Shown: piece after piece, positions 1 to 9,333 of the stretch
Numbering within the stretch: the stretch's first letter is position 1
Layout: every line of letters starts with the position of its first letter
Source of the DNA: Bacillota bacterium
GTDB taxonomy: Bacteria; Bacillota; Sulfobacillia; RBS10-35; JAJYVM01
Assembly (NCBI GenBank): GCA_021792015.1
Contig: JAJYVM010000001.1
Location: forward strand, 1 to 30,943
Length of the DNA: 30,943 bases
Direction of reading: 5' to 3'
Position numbers and translations under genes: made by a program
The notes under the pieces: model-generated
The model's input: only the letters and a program-made list of their open reading frames with translations
Database searches by the model: none
What the model was told of the DNA's origin: nothing

Positions 1-1359
<1,359 letters not shown>

Positions 1360-1499
1360 CGGCCGCTGACAGCGGTAATATTGGGTCTGGGTGCGCTTGG
1401 GGGCTGGGCCCATGCCCGGACGGCGAATTCGTGAGGCGCCGGCGTGCGCCGGCGCCCCCGTGCCCGTTCCGTCGCGGCTGAAAGGGGTTGGGCGACCGC

Positions 1500-3083
1500 A
1501 TGGCGGAAACCCATGAGATCACGACGGCGTCCGGGCTGGCCGTGCCGCCCTGCGCGGAGCCGCGGCCGGTGGACCCGGGCAGGCTCGGCCAGCCGGGGCA
1601 GTACCCGTTCACCCGCGGCGTGTACCCCACCATGTACCGCGGCCGCCTGTGGACGATGCGCCAGTATGCCGGCTTCGGCGACGCCGACGAGAGCAACCGC
1701 CGCTACAAGTACCTCCTGGAGCAGGGGCAGACGGGGCTCTCGGTGGCTTTCGACCTGCCGACGCAGATCGGCTACGACTCCGACCACGCCATGGCCCAGG
1801 GCGAGGTCGGGCGCGTGGGCGTGGCCATCGACTCCCTGGATGACATGTCGCGGCTGCTGGACGGGCTGCCGCTGGACAAGGTCAGCATCTCGATGACCAT
1901 CAACGCCACGGCGGCGACGCTGCTGGCGCTGACCGTGGCCGTGGCCGAGGCGCGCGGCATCCCGTCCGCGGCCCTGTCCGGCACCCTGCAGAACGACATC
2001 CTCAAGGAGTACGCGGCCCGCGGCACCTACATCTACCCGCCGGCGCCCTCCATGCGCCTGTGCACGGACGTCATCGCCTGGTGCAGCGAGCACGCGCCGC
2101 GCTGGAACCCCATCAGCATCTCCGGCTACCATATGCGCGAGGCCGGCTGCACGGCGGTGCAGGAGGTCGCCTTCACGCTCGCCGACGGCATCGCCTATGT
2201 GGAGGCGGCGCTGGGGCGCGGCCTTGCCGTCGACAGCTTCGCCCCGCGCCTGTCCTTCTTCTTCAACGCGCAGATGGACGTGCTCGAGGAGGTCGCCAAG
2301 TACCGGGCGGCACGGCGCATGTGGGCGCGCATCATGCGCGAGCGCTTCGGCGCCAAGGATCCCCGGTCGATGATGCTGCGCTTCCACGTGCAGACGGCCG
2401 GCTCGGCCCTCACGGCCCAGCAGGTGGACAACAACGTTGTGCGCGTGGCCCTGCAGGCCCTGGCGGCCGTGCTCGGGGGCTGCCAGTCGCTGCACACCAA
2501 CGCCAAGGACGAAGCCCTGGCCCTGCCCACCGAGGAGTCGGTGCGGGTGGCGCTGCGCACCCAGCAGATCATCGCCCACGAGTCGGGCGTGGCCCTGTCC
2601 GCCGACCCGCTGGCCGGCTCCTTCTACCTCGAGGACCTGACGGATCGCATCGAGGCGGAGGCGCAGGCCCTGATCGCCCGGGTCGACAGCCTGGGCGGGG
2701 CGGTGGAGGCCATCGCGCACGGGGTGGTCCAGCGCGAGATCCAGGAGAGCGCCTACCGCATCCAGCGGCAGATCGAGGCGGGCGAGCGGGTCGTGGTGGG
2801 CGTCAACGCCTACCAGGCGGAGGGGGAGCCGCCCGCCGACATCCTGCGCATCGATCCCGCCCTGGAGCGGCGCCAGGCGGAGCGCGTGGGCCAGGTGCGG
2901 GCCCGGCGGAACCCCGCCGCGGCCGGCACGGCACTGCGGGCCCTTGAGCAGGCGGCGGCCGATCCGGCGGCGAACCTGATGCCGTTTGTCCTGGACGCCG
3001 TCCGCGCCCTGGCGACCGTCGGCGAGATCGCCGACGCCCTGCGCCGGGCCTTCGGCGAGTACACGGCGCCGAGTCCGTTCTAG
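1500..3083 (+). CDS. Methylmalonyl-CoA mutase, substrate-binding (large) subunit of a split mutase
   Basis: [14 protein letters not shown] (Tyr typical of methylmalonyl-CoA mutase rather than isobutyryl-CoA mutase), [39 protein letters not shown]. No B12-binding domain in this ORF. Confidence 0.92.
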   Translation: MAETHEITTASGLAVPPCAEPRPVDPGRLGQPGQYPFTRGVYPTMYRGRLWTMRQYAGFGDADESNRRYKYLLEQGQTGLSVAFDLPTQIGYDSDHAMAQGEVGRVGVAIDSLDDMSRLLDGLPLDKVSISMTINATAATLLALTVAVAEARGIPSAALSGTLQNDILKEYAARGTYIYPPAPSMRLCTDVIAWCSEHAPRWNPISISGYHMREAGCTAVQEVAFTLADGIAYVEAALGRGLAVDSFAPRLSFFFNAQMDVLEEVAKYRAARRMWARIMRERFGAKDPRSMMLRFHVQTAGSALTAQQVDNNVVRVALQALAAVLGGCQSLHTNAKDEALALPTEESVRVALRTQQIIAHESGVALSADPLAGSFYLEDLTDRIEAEAQALIARVDSLGGAVEAIAHGVVQREIQESAYRIQRQIEAGERVVVGVNAYQAEGEPPADILRIDPALERRQAERVGQVRARRNPAAAGTALRALEQAAADPAANLMPFVLDAVRALATVGEIADALRRAFGEYTAPSPF

Positions 3084-3091
3084 AGTCTGAG

Positions 3092-3502
3092 GTGAGTGCC
3101 ATTTCGCGACCCATGCGTGTCCTGATCGCCAAGCCGGGTCTGGACGGCCACGACCGCGGGGCCCTGGTCGTCGCGCGCGCGCTGCGGGATGCCGGGATGG
3201 AGGTCATTTACACGGGGCTGCGCCAGACCCCGGCCCAGATCGCCCAGGCCGCGGTGCAGGAGGACGTGGACGTCGTGGGGCTCTCCAGCCTCTCCGGCGC
3301 CCACCGCACGCTCTTTCCCGCCGTGGTGGCGGCCCTGCGCGATGCGGGCGCGGGCGAGATCCTGGTGATCGGCGGCGGCGTGATCCCGGCCGAGGACATC
3401 CCCGGGCTGCGGGCGGCCGGCGTCGCCGCCGTCTTCGGGCCCGGCACCCCGACGGCGGACATCGTCGCGTTCCTTTCCCGAGAGGTGGGCGCCAAGCGGT
3501 GA
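3092..3502 (+). CDS. Cobalamin-binding small subunit of methylmalonyl-CoA mutase
   Basis: [11 protein letters not shown] (DxHxxG), [21 protein letters not shown]. The start could instead be ATG 3113. Confidence 0.92.
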   Translation: MSAISRPMRVLIAKPGLDGHDRGALVVARALRDAGMEVIYTGLRQTPAQIAQAAVQEDVDVVGLSSLSGAHRTLFPAVVAALRDAGAGEILVIGGGVIPAEDIPGLRAAGVAAVFGPGTPTADIVAFLSREVGAKR

Positions 3503-3927
3503 CATTCGATCACGTGGCCATCGCCGTGAGCGACCTGGATGCGGCGGTCGCCCTCTGGTGCGATGCGTTCGGACTCGTGTGCGAGCACGTCGAGGAGGTG
3601 CCGGCGCAGCGGGTGCGGCTCGCCTTTCTCGGACCGGGTGGCCGCGCGGGGGAGACCCGCGCGGTGCATCCCGGCCAGGCGCGGATCGAGCTGATCCAGG
3701 CGACGGATCCCGACGCCGGCGTGGCCCGCTTTCTGGGCGACCGGGGCGCCGCCATGCACCACGTGGCGTTCGCCGTGACGGATCTGGCGGCGGCGCTGGG
3801 CGCCACCACCCTGCCGAAGATCGACGCCGCGCCGCGGCCGGGAGCGGAGGGCCACTCCGTCGCGTTCCTGCATCCGCGGGGGACGGGAGGCGTGCTCGTG
3901 GAACTGGTGGGCGAAGGCGGTGCCTGA
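3499..3927 (+). CDS. mce: Methylmalonyl-CoA epimerase (VOC superfamily)
   Basis: [28 protein letters not shown]; operon context; GTGA overlap with the upstream gene. Confidence 0.88.
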   Translation: MTFDHVAIAVSDLDAAVALWCDAFGLVCEHVEEVPAQRVRLAFLGPGGRAGETRAVHPGQARIELIQATDPDAGVARFLGDRGAAMHHVAFAVTDLAAALGATTLPKIDAAPRPGAEGHSVAFLHPRGTGGVLVELVGEGGA

Positions 3928-5455
3928 GCGCATCGGCGAGGTGCGGGAGCGGCTGCTCCAGGGCGGCGGGGCCGAGGCCGCAGGCAGGCAGCGCGGCCAG
4001 GGCAAGGGCACGGCCCGCGACCGCCTGGCGGCCCTCTTCGATCCGGGCTCGTTCACCGAGCTGGGGCTCTTCGTGCGGCACCGGGCTACCGAGTTCGGCC
4101 TTTCTGGGCGTGAGCTGCCGGCCGACGGCGTGGTGACCGGGTTCGGCACGGTGGACGGACGGCTCTGCTACGCCTTCTTCCAGGACTTCACCGTCAAGGG
4201 CGGTACCCTGGGCGAGATGCACGCGCGCAAGATCATGAACGTGCAGGATCTGGCCCTGAAGGCCGGGGCGCCGATCATCGGCGTCAACGACTCCGGGGGC
4301 GCGCGGATCGAGGAGGGGATCGACGCCCTCGACGGCTTTGCCGGCATCTTCCGCCGCAACACCCTGGCCTCGGGCGTCGTGCCCCAGATCTCCGTCATCA
4401 TGGGCCCCTGCGCCGGGGGGGCGGTGTATTCGCCGGCCCTCACGGACTTCGTGTTCATGGTGCAGGGGACAAGCCACATGTTCATCACGGGTCCTGAGGT
4501 GATCAAGACGGTTCTGGGCCAGGAGATCAGCTTCGAGGCCCTGGGCGGGGCCCAGGTCCACAACGCCCAGTCCGGCGTGGCCCACTTCCTGGCCGCGGAC
4601 GAGGCCGCCTGCTTCGCCCAGATCCGGCGGCTGCTCGCCCACCTCCCCGCCAACAACCTGGAGGATCCGCCCGCCGCGGCGGGTGCGGACCCCGCCGACC
4701 GCGCCGAGCCCGCCCTCTCCACCGTGGTGCCGGAGGATCCCAACCGCCCCTACGACGTGCGCGAGGTCGTGCGCCTGATCGCCGACGGCGGCGACTTCCT
4801 CGAGGTGCACGAGCGCTGGGCGCGCAACGTGGTCGTCGGGTACATCCGGCTTGGCGGCCGGAGCGTCGGGGTGGTGGCCAACCAGCCGCGTGTGCTGGCC
4901 GGGACCCTCGACATCAACGCCTCCGACAAGATCGCGCGCTTTGTGCGCACGTGCGACTGCTTCAACGTGCCGCTCCTGACCCTGGTCGACACGCCGGGCT
5001 ACCTGCCGGGCAAGGACCAGGAGCACGGCGGCATCATCCGCCACGGCGCCAAGGTCCTCTTCGCCTACGCCGAGGCCACGGTGCCGAAGATCAGCCTGGT
5101 CCTGCGCAAGGCTTACGGCGGCGCCTACATCGCCATGTGCGCCAAGGGTCTCGGCGCCGACCTCGCCGCCGCTTGGCCGACGGCCGAGATCGCCGTGATG
5201 GGGCCCGAGGGCGCCTGCAACATCGTTTTCCGGCGGGAGATCGCGGCGGCAGAGGACCAGGCCGCCGCCCGGGCCGCCAAGGTGGCCGAGTACCGCGAGC
5301 GCTTCGCCAGCCCGCTGCTGGCGGCCGGCCGCGGCTACGTCGACGAGATCCTCGACCCGCCCGCCACCCGCGCCTGGCTGATCGCCGGCTTCCGCTCGCT
5401 CGCCGGCAAGCGCGAGGAGCGGCCGCAGAAGAAGCACGGGAACCTGCCGGTATGA
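3920..5455 (+). CDS. Acyl-CoA carboxyltransferase (PccB/MmdA-type)
   Basis: DGVVTG, QDFTVKGGTLG, DSGGARIEEG, SGVVPQIS, GPCAGGAVYSPALTDF, DTPGYLPG, RKAYGGAY, KKHGNLP. Confidence 0.93.
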   Translation: MPERIGEVRERLLQGGGAEAAGRQRGQGKGTARDRLAALFDPGSFTELGLFVRHRATEFGLSGRELPADGVVTGFGTVDGRLCYAFFQDFTVKGGTLGEMHARKIMNVQDLALKAGAPIIGVNDSGGARIEEGIDALDGFAGIFRRNTLASGVVPQISVIMGPCAGGAVYSPALTDFVFMVQGTSHMFITGPEVIKTVLGQEISFEALGGAQVHNAQSGVAHFLAADEAACFAQIRRLLAHLPANNLEDPPAAAGADPADRAEPALSTVVPEDPNRPYDVREVVRLIADGGDFLEVHERWARNVVVGYIRLGGRSVGVVANQPRVLAGTLDINASDKIARFVRTCDCFNVPLLTLVDTPGYLPGKDQEHGGIIRHGAKVLFAYAEATVPKISLVLRKAYGGAYIAMCAKGLGADLAAAWPTAEIAVMGPEGACNIVFRREIAAAEDQAAARAAKVAEYRERFASPLLAAGRGYVDEILDPPATRAWLIAGFRSLAGKREERPQKKHGNLPV

Positions 5456-5607
5456 GCCGGGAGATCGTGGCGGCCATCGTCGCCGCCATCGCGGCGCGGG
5501 AGGGGAAGCAGCCGGCCCAGCTGCGGCTGGTCGCGGCCCAGCGGGTGGGCCCGGATCCCTGGGCGCTGGCCGGCCGGCTGCAGCAGATGAGGGGGCTTTC
5601 TCGGTGA
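5452..5607 (+). CDS. Small accessory subunit of the carboxyltransferase (MmdD C-terminal / AccE-like), 51 aa
   Basis: MSREIVAAIVAAIAA...W ALAGR LQQM pattern. ATGA overlap with the upstream stop and GTGA overlap with the downstream start. Appears in the supplied track only as the tail of ORF 4951..5607. Confidence 0.7.
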   Translation: MSREIVAAIVAAIAAREGKQPAQLRLVAAQRVGPDPWALAGRLQQMRGLSR

Positions 5608-6035
5608 TCCGGCGCTACCGCGTGACCGTAAACGGCCAGAGCTATGACGTGAGCGTCGAGGATGCGGACGCGCAGGCCCCGGCGGCGGCGCCGGCGGCGA
5701 CCCAGGCGGCGGCAGCACCGCGGTCCGAGCCGGCGGTCGTGCCCGCCGCATCGGCCCCGGCTCGGGCCCCGGGCACACATCCGACGGGCGGCCGCGCAGC
5801 CGCCAAGGCCGCCGCGGCCACCGGCACCCAGGTGACGGCGCCGCTGCCGGGCGTGGTGCTGGATGTCCGCGTCCAGGCCGGCCAGGCCGTGGCGGCCGGG
5901 GACGTGGTGCTGATCCTGGAGGCCATGAAGATGGAGAACGAGATCACTGCCCCGGTGGACGGCACCGTGGCCGAGGTCCGGGCGGCCCGCGGGGCGACCG
6001 TCGAGCTGGGGCAGGTTCTGGTGGTGATCGGATGA
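5604..6035 (+). CDS. Biotin carboxyl carrier protein (MmdC-type)
   Basis: YRVTVNG N-terminus, Ala/Pro linker, APLPG and EAMKMENEI biotinylation motif. Confidence 0.93.
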   Translation: MIRRYRVTVNGQSYDVSVEDADAQAPAAAPAATQAAAAPRSEPAVVPAASAPARAPGTHPTGGRAAAKAAAATGTQVTAPLPGVVLDVRVQAGQAVAAGDVVLILEAMKMENEITAPVDGTVAEVRAARGATVELGQVLVVIG

Positions 6036-6289
6036 CGGGGAAGTACGCACCGCTCTACGAATGGCTCAAGGGCCGCGGCGCAGCCGTCCAGGCGATCGCG
6101 CTGGCCTTCGACGAGCTGGACCGTCTGCTCGGGGGCGCCCTGCCGCGCTCAGCCCGCATCCGCCGGGGGTGGTGGGCGAACTCCGCCAGTGGCCACAGCC
6201 CGCAGGCGGGCGCCTGGCTGCAGGCCGGCTGGCGGGTCGCCCGCGTCGAGCGGGAGGGCGGCTGGGTCCGGTTTGAGCGGGCCGCCTGA
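6032..6289 (+). CDS. Small conserved protein, 85 aa (resembles the family I recall as DUF7662)
   Basis: KYxPLxxxL...LxFxEL..LLG..LPxSA....WWAN...QAxAWLxAGWRV..V pattern; ATGA overlap with the biotin carrier gene. Confidence 0.7.
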   Translation: MTGKYAPLYEWLKGRGAAVQAIALAFDELDRLLGGALPRSARIRRGWWANSASGHSPQAGAWLQAGWRVARVEREGGWVRFERAA

Positions 6290-6899
6290 GCGGCCCGGCG
6301 CACCCGGGGCCGTTCCGGCGGGCTCCGGCGGAGCCTCCGTCGCCAGCCGGGAAACGCGCGAGGCAGTCCTGGCCTGGCGCCGTGGCCTGCCCCCGGCCGA
6401 GGTGGCCGCCCGCAGCGCGCGCATCGCTGCCCGCATCGCGGCCTGGGACGCCTTCCAGCGCGCAGGCTGCGTGCTGGCCTACCTGGCGACGCCCAGCGAG
6501 GTGCAGACCGGCGGCCTGCTGCGGGCCGCTGCGCCGCGGCGTGTCTGCGTGCCGGCCGTGGTGGGTTCCGACCTCGTGCTGCGGGCCCTGGCGCCCGGCG
6601 CCCGCCTGGTGCGCGGCGTGCTTGGCATCCGCGAGCCGGCGGGGGCGGCGGCCGTCGACCCCGCGGAGGTCGACCTGGCCCTGGTGCCCGGAGTCGCCTT
6701 CGATCGCGCCGGTCACCGCCTGGGCCGCGGCGGCGGCTACTACGACCGCCTGCTGCCACGCCTGACCCGCGCCACCACCTGCGGCCTGGCCTTCCGCGAG
6801 CAGGTGCTGCCGGCCCTCGACCCGGCGCCCTGGGATGTCGCCCTCGACTACGTCTGCACCGAGGACGGGCTCCTGGCGGCGCGTCAGCAGCCCTCCTGA
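6273..6899 (+). CDS. 5-formyltetrahydrofolate cyclo-ligase
   Basis: AYL...SEV, GIREP, DLALVPGVAFDRAGHRLGRGGGYYDRLL, DVALDYVCTE. Start uncertain: TTG 6273 is the nearest in-frame start before the conserved core at about 6345. Confidence 0.88.
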   Translation: MSGPPERPGAPGAVPAGSGGASVASRETREAVLAWRRGLPPAEVAARSARIAARIAAWDAFQRAGCVLAYLATPSEVQTGGLLRAAAPRRVCVPAVVGSDLVLRALAPGARLVRGVLGIREPAGAAAVDPAEVDLALVPGVAFDRAGHRLGRGGGYYDRLLPRLTRATTCGLAFREQVLPALDPAPWDVALDYVCTEDGLLAARQQPS

Positions 6900-7684
6900 G
6901 GCGCGCTCGCCGCAATCGGCGGGCGCGGCAGGTGGACGCCGGCCGCCGTCAGGATCGCCCAGAGGTGGCTGGGGTCGATCCGCTGGCTCTTATGCACCTC
7001 CGAGTTCAGGAAGTGGATGCAGAAATGGCCCGGAAAGTCGTTGCCGGCGATGCTGCCGGCACCGTGGGGCATTCCGTTGATGGAGGCGGCGAGGCGATGG
7101 CCGCTGACCTCCACCAGCACGGGCCGGCGCGCCCATGACCAGGCGCCGCCGTAGATCTCCTTCAGCGTCGCCGTGTCGGCGGCGGTGAGCGGCTGCACGT
7201 CCGCGTGCCGGCTGCCGGCCAGGCGCCGCACCCAGAAGCGCAGCCCGGTGGCGTAGTCGATGACCAGGGCGTCCGAGCGCAGGGGGAAGAGGCGGTTGAC
7301 GATGTCCCATGGCACCAGCTGGCCGTGGAAGCTGGCCGTGGCCGCCGCGGCGGCCTGGGCGAAGGCGGCGGCCGGCAGGGGCGGCAGGCGGCGCCAGGTG
7401 CCGGACAGCTCCACCGCGGCTGCGCCGGGCGCGTAGACGACGTCCGTCCGCCCCACGGTGAGGCGGTAGCGCGTCGCGTCCGCAGGGGGTGCGGCGGCCC
7501 GGGGGCCGAGCGCGCGCAGGGCATCGGCCACCGCGGCCGCGTCGGTGGCCGGGAGGGTGTCGGTCTGCCAGTAGCCGACCCGGGCGACGACGACCGCCGG
7601 CACCGGCTGCCGCCGGCCGCCCGCCCACACGGCCACGCCAACGGCCACCGCAAGGCCCGCCGCAATCAGCACCAATCGCCGCAC
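6884..7684 (-). CDS. Secreted or membrane-anchored protein with a conserved C-terminal domain seen in Firmicute peptidoglycan-binding proteins
   Basis: N-terminal RR + hydrophobic segment; C-terminal HADVQPLT..DT..LKEIYGG.WSW.RRP...AASINGMPHG...GHFCIHF..S..H motif set. Confidence 0.75.
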   Translation of the reverse strand: MRRLVLIAAGLAVAVGVAVWAGGRRQPVPAVVVARVGYWQTDTLPATDAAAVADALRALGPRAAAPPADATRYRLTVGRTDVVYAPGAAAVELSGTWRRLPPLPAAAFAQAAAAATASFHGQLVPWDIVNRLFPLRSDALVIDYATGLRFWVRRLAGSRHADVQPLTAADTATLKEIYGGAWSWARRPVLVEVSGHRLAASINGMPHGAGSIAGNDFPGHFCIHFLNSEVHKSQRIDPSHLWAILTAAGVHLPRPPIAASAPQEGC

Positions 7685-7765
7685 GCCCGGAGGATTATGC
7701 GCGGCAAACCCCAGCCAGAAGGTCGCTGGAGGGGATCAGCCGCCGACAGGCGAAGGTTCGCAGCC

Positions 7766-8533
7766 ATGCCGGCCACGGGCGTCGCACTGTCGGTCATCGC
7801 CGCGATGCAAGCCGAGCTGAGCCGCGGCGGTCTTCGCCTGCCCGACATGGCCGACATCGCCCACCTGAGCCAATTCCACTTCATCCGCAGCTTCCGCGAC
7901 GACGTCGGCCTGCCGCCCGGCGCCTTTCAGGCGGCGCTGCGCCTGGCGGAGGCCAAGCGGCTCCTGCGGGATACGGACGCATCGGTCACCGAGGTCTGCT
8001 TCGACCTCGGCTACGCCAGCCTCGGTACCTTCGTGACGCGGTTCGCGACCGACGTGGGCGTGTCGCCCAGCCGCTACCGGGCGCTCTGCCGCGAGGTGGA
8101 GGTCGCCGCCCGGCCCCCGGCCGGGCAACGCCAGGCGGCGGTCCCGCGCCTGGGCGTCACGGGCGAGGTGGTGGCCGGCAAGCTGCCCGTCGGACCGGTG
8201 TTTCTCGGCCTGTTCCCGCGCCTTCTGCCAAGCGGCCTTCCGCGCGCGGGGACGGCCGTGTGGGGCGGCGGACCGTTCACGCTGGAGCCCGTCGCGGACG
8301 GCGCGTATATCCTGCTGGCCGCCGGCTGCCCGAACGGCGCCGGCCTCCAGGCGGCGGTGTCCCAGGACAGACCCGCGTGGGTGGGCGTCGGTGGCCCCGT
8401 GGAAGTCAAGGGTGGCCGGTCGGCACCGGTGACGGTCGTCCTGCGTCTGCCAGCCCCGACCGACCCGCCCGTGCTGGTTGCCATCCCGCTGCTCATGGCC
8501 CGTGCCACGGCCCGCTGGGCGGTGCGGCGGTGA
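7766..8533 (+). CDS. AraC-family regulator with N-terminal HTH and a C-terminal beta-rich domain
   Basis: LSQFHFIRSF..DVG..P, LRLAEAKRLL, SVTEVCFDLGYASLGTF..RF...VGVSPSRYR. Start inferred; in-frame ATG 7697 is also possible. Confidence 0.85.
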   Translation: MPATGVALSVIAAMQAELSRGGLRLPDMADIAHLSQFHFIRSFRDDVGLPPGAFQAALRLAEAKRLLRDTDASVTEVCFDLGYASLGTFVTRFATDVGVSPSRYRALCREVEVAARPPAGQRQAAVPRLGVTGEVVAGKLPVGPVFLGLFPRLLPSGLPRAGTAVWGGGPFTLEPVADGAYILLAAGCPNGAGLQAAVSQDRPAWVGVGGPVEVKGGRSAPVTVVLRLPAPTDPPVLVAIPLLMARATARWAVRR

Positions 8534-8661
8534 GCCTGCCCCGCGGCGACCGCCTGCGGCCCGTGATGGCCCGGCACGTGGCGGGCGGGTCGATGCCGGG
8601 GCTGGTGGGCCTCGTCCGCCGGCGTGGGGACGTGCGTGCCGAGGCCATCGCCGATGGCTGA
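8530..8661 (+). pseudogene. N-terminal remnant (43 aa) of a beta-lactamase-like serine hydrolase
   Basis: RLRPVMARHVAGGSMPGLVGLVRRRGDVRAEAI matches the typical first helix and strand of class C beta-lactamase-like hydrolases. GTGA overlap with the AraC stop; ends before any SxxK motif. Confidence 0.6.
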
Positions 8662-9202
8662 GCGTCCCTGGCGCACGCTCGGCTCGCGGCGCATCTTCCG
8701 CTCCCCCTGGGTCGATCTGCGCGAGGACGAGGTGGAGCTCCCGGGCGGCCGCCGCATCCGCCACGCCGTCGTCACCCTGGCGACCGGCCACAGCGTCGGG
8801 GTCCTGCCCCTGCTGGCGGCGGGCGAGGTCGTGCTGGTCCGCCAGTACCGCTACGTCCAGGACGGCTGGTACTGGGAGGCGCCGTCCGGCGCCCCCCGCC
8901 CGGGGGAGGCGCTGGAGGCCGCCGCCCAGCGCGAGCTCCGCGAGGAGGCCGGCTACCGCGCCGGCCGCCTGCTGCCGCTGACGGCCTTCCACACGAGCAA
9001 GAGCGTGTGCCGCGAGACCGCCCACCTCATGCTCGGGCTGGACCTTGTGCCCGACCCCCTGCCGGCCGATCCGACCGAGGACATCGAGGTCGCAGCCTTC
9101 CCGGCGGCGGAGGTCCTGCGCATGGTGGAGCGGGCGGAGATCATGGACGCGATGACCGTCGTCGCGGTGCTGTCCGCCCTCCGGGCCGGCCTGCTCGCCT
9201 GA
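8654..9202 (+). CDS. Nudix hydrolase (ADP-ribose pyrophosphatase-like)
   Basis: Complete Nudix box GAPRPGEALEAAAQRELREEAGY; VLVRQYRY; I.DAMTV C-terminus. Confidence 0.9.
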   Translation: MAERPWRTLGSRRIFRSPWVDLREDEVELPGGRRIRHAVVTLATGHSVGVLPLLAAGEVVLVRQYRYVQDGWYWEAPSGAPRPGEALEAAAQRELREEAGYRAGRLLPLTAFHTSKSVCRETAHLMLGLDLVPDPLPADPTEDIEVAAFPAAEVLRMVERAEIMDAMTVVAVLSALRAGLLA

Positions 9203-9333
9203 TCGGCTGAGGCTGGCGGCAGGTTACCAGCGGGCCAGCCAGGTCGCGGCCACGCTGCCGGCAGGCCGCGGCCTGGCCGCGGGTACGCCGGCGCCGGCTG
9301 CCCGCCCGCCGTGCGGCCCCCGGCCGCGACCCC

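Noticed and set aside
1360-1499. Cobalamin riboswitch upstream of the B12-dependent mutase
   Set aside because: No AGGGAA, GCCACUG or GGGAAG core elements, and the region is short.
9203-9333. Gene fragment ending VAATWLARW on the minus strand
   Set aside because: It is the tail of a shadow ORF overlapping mocR, with too little sequence to assign.
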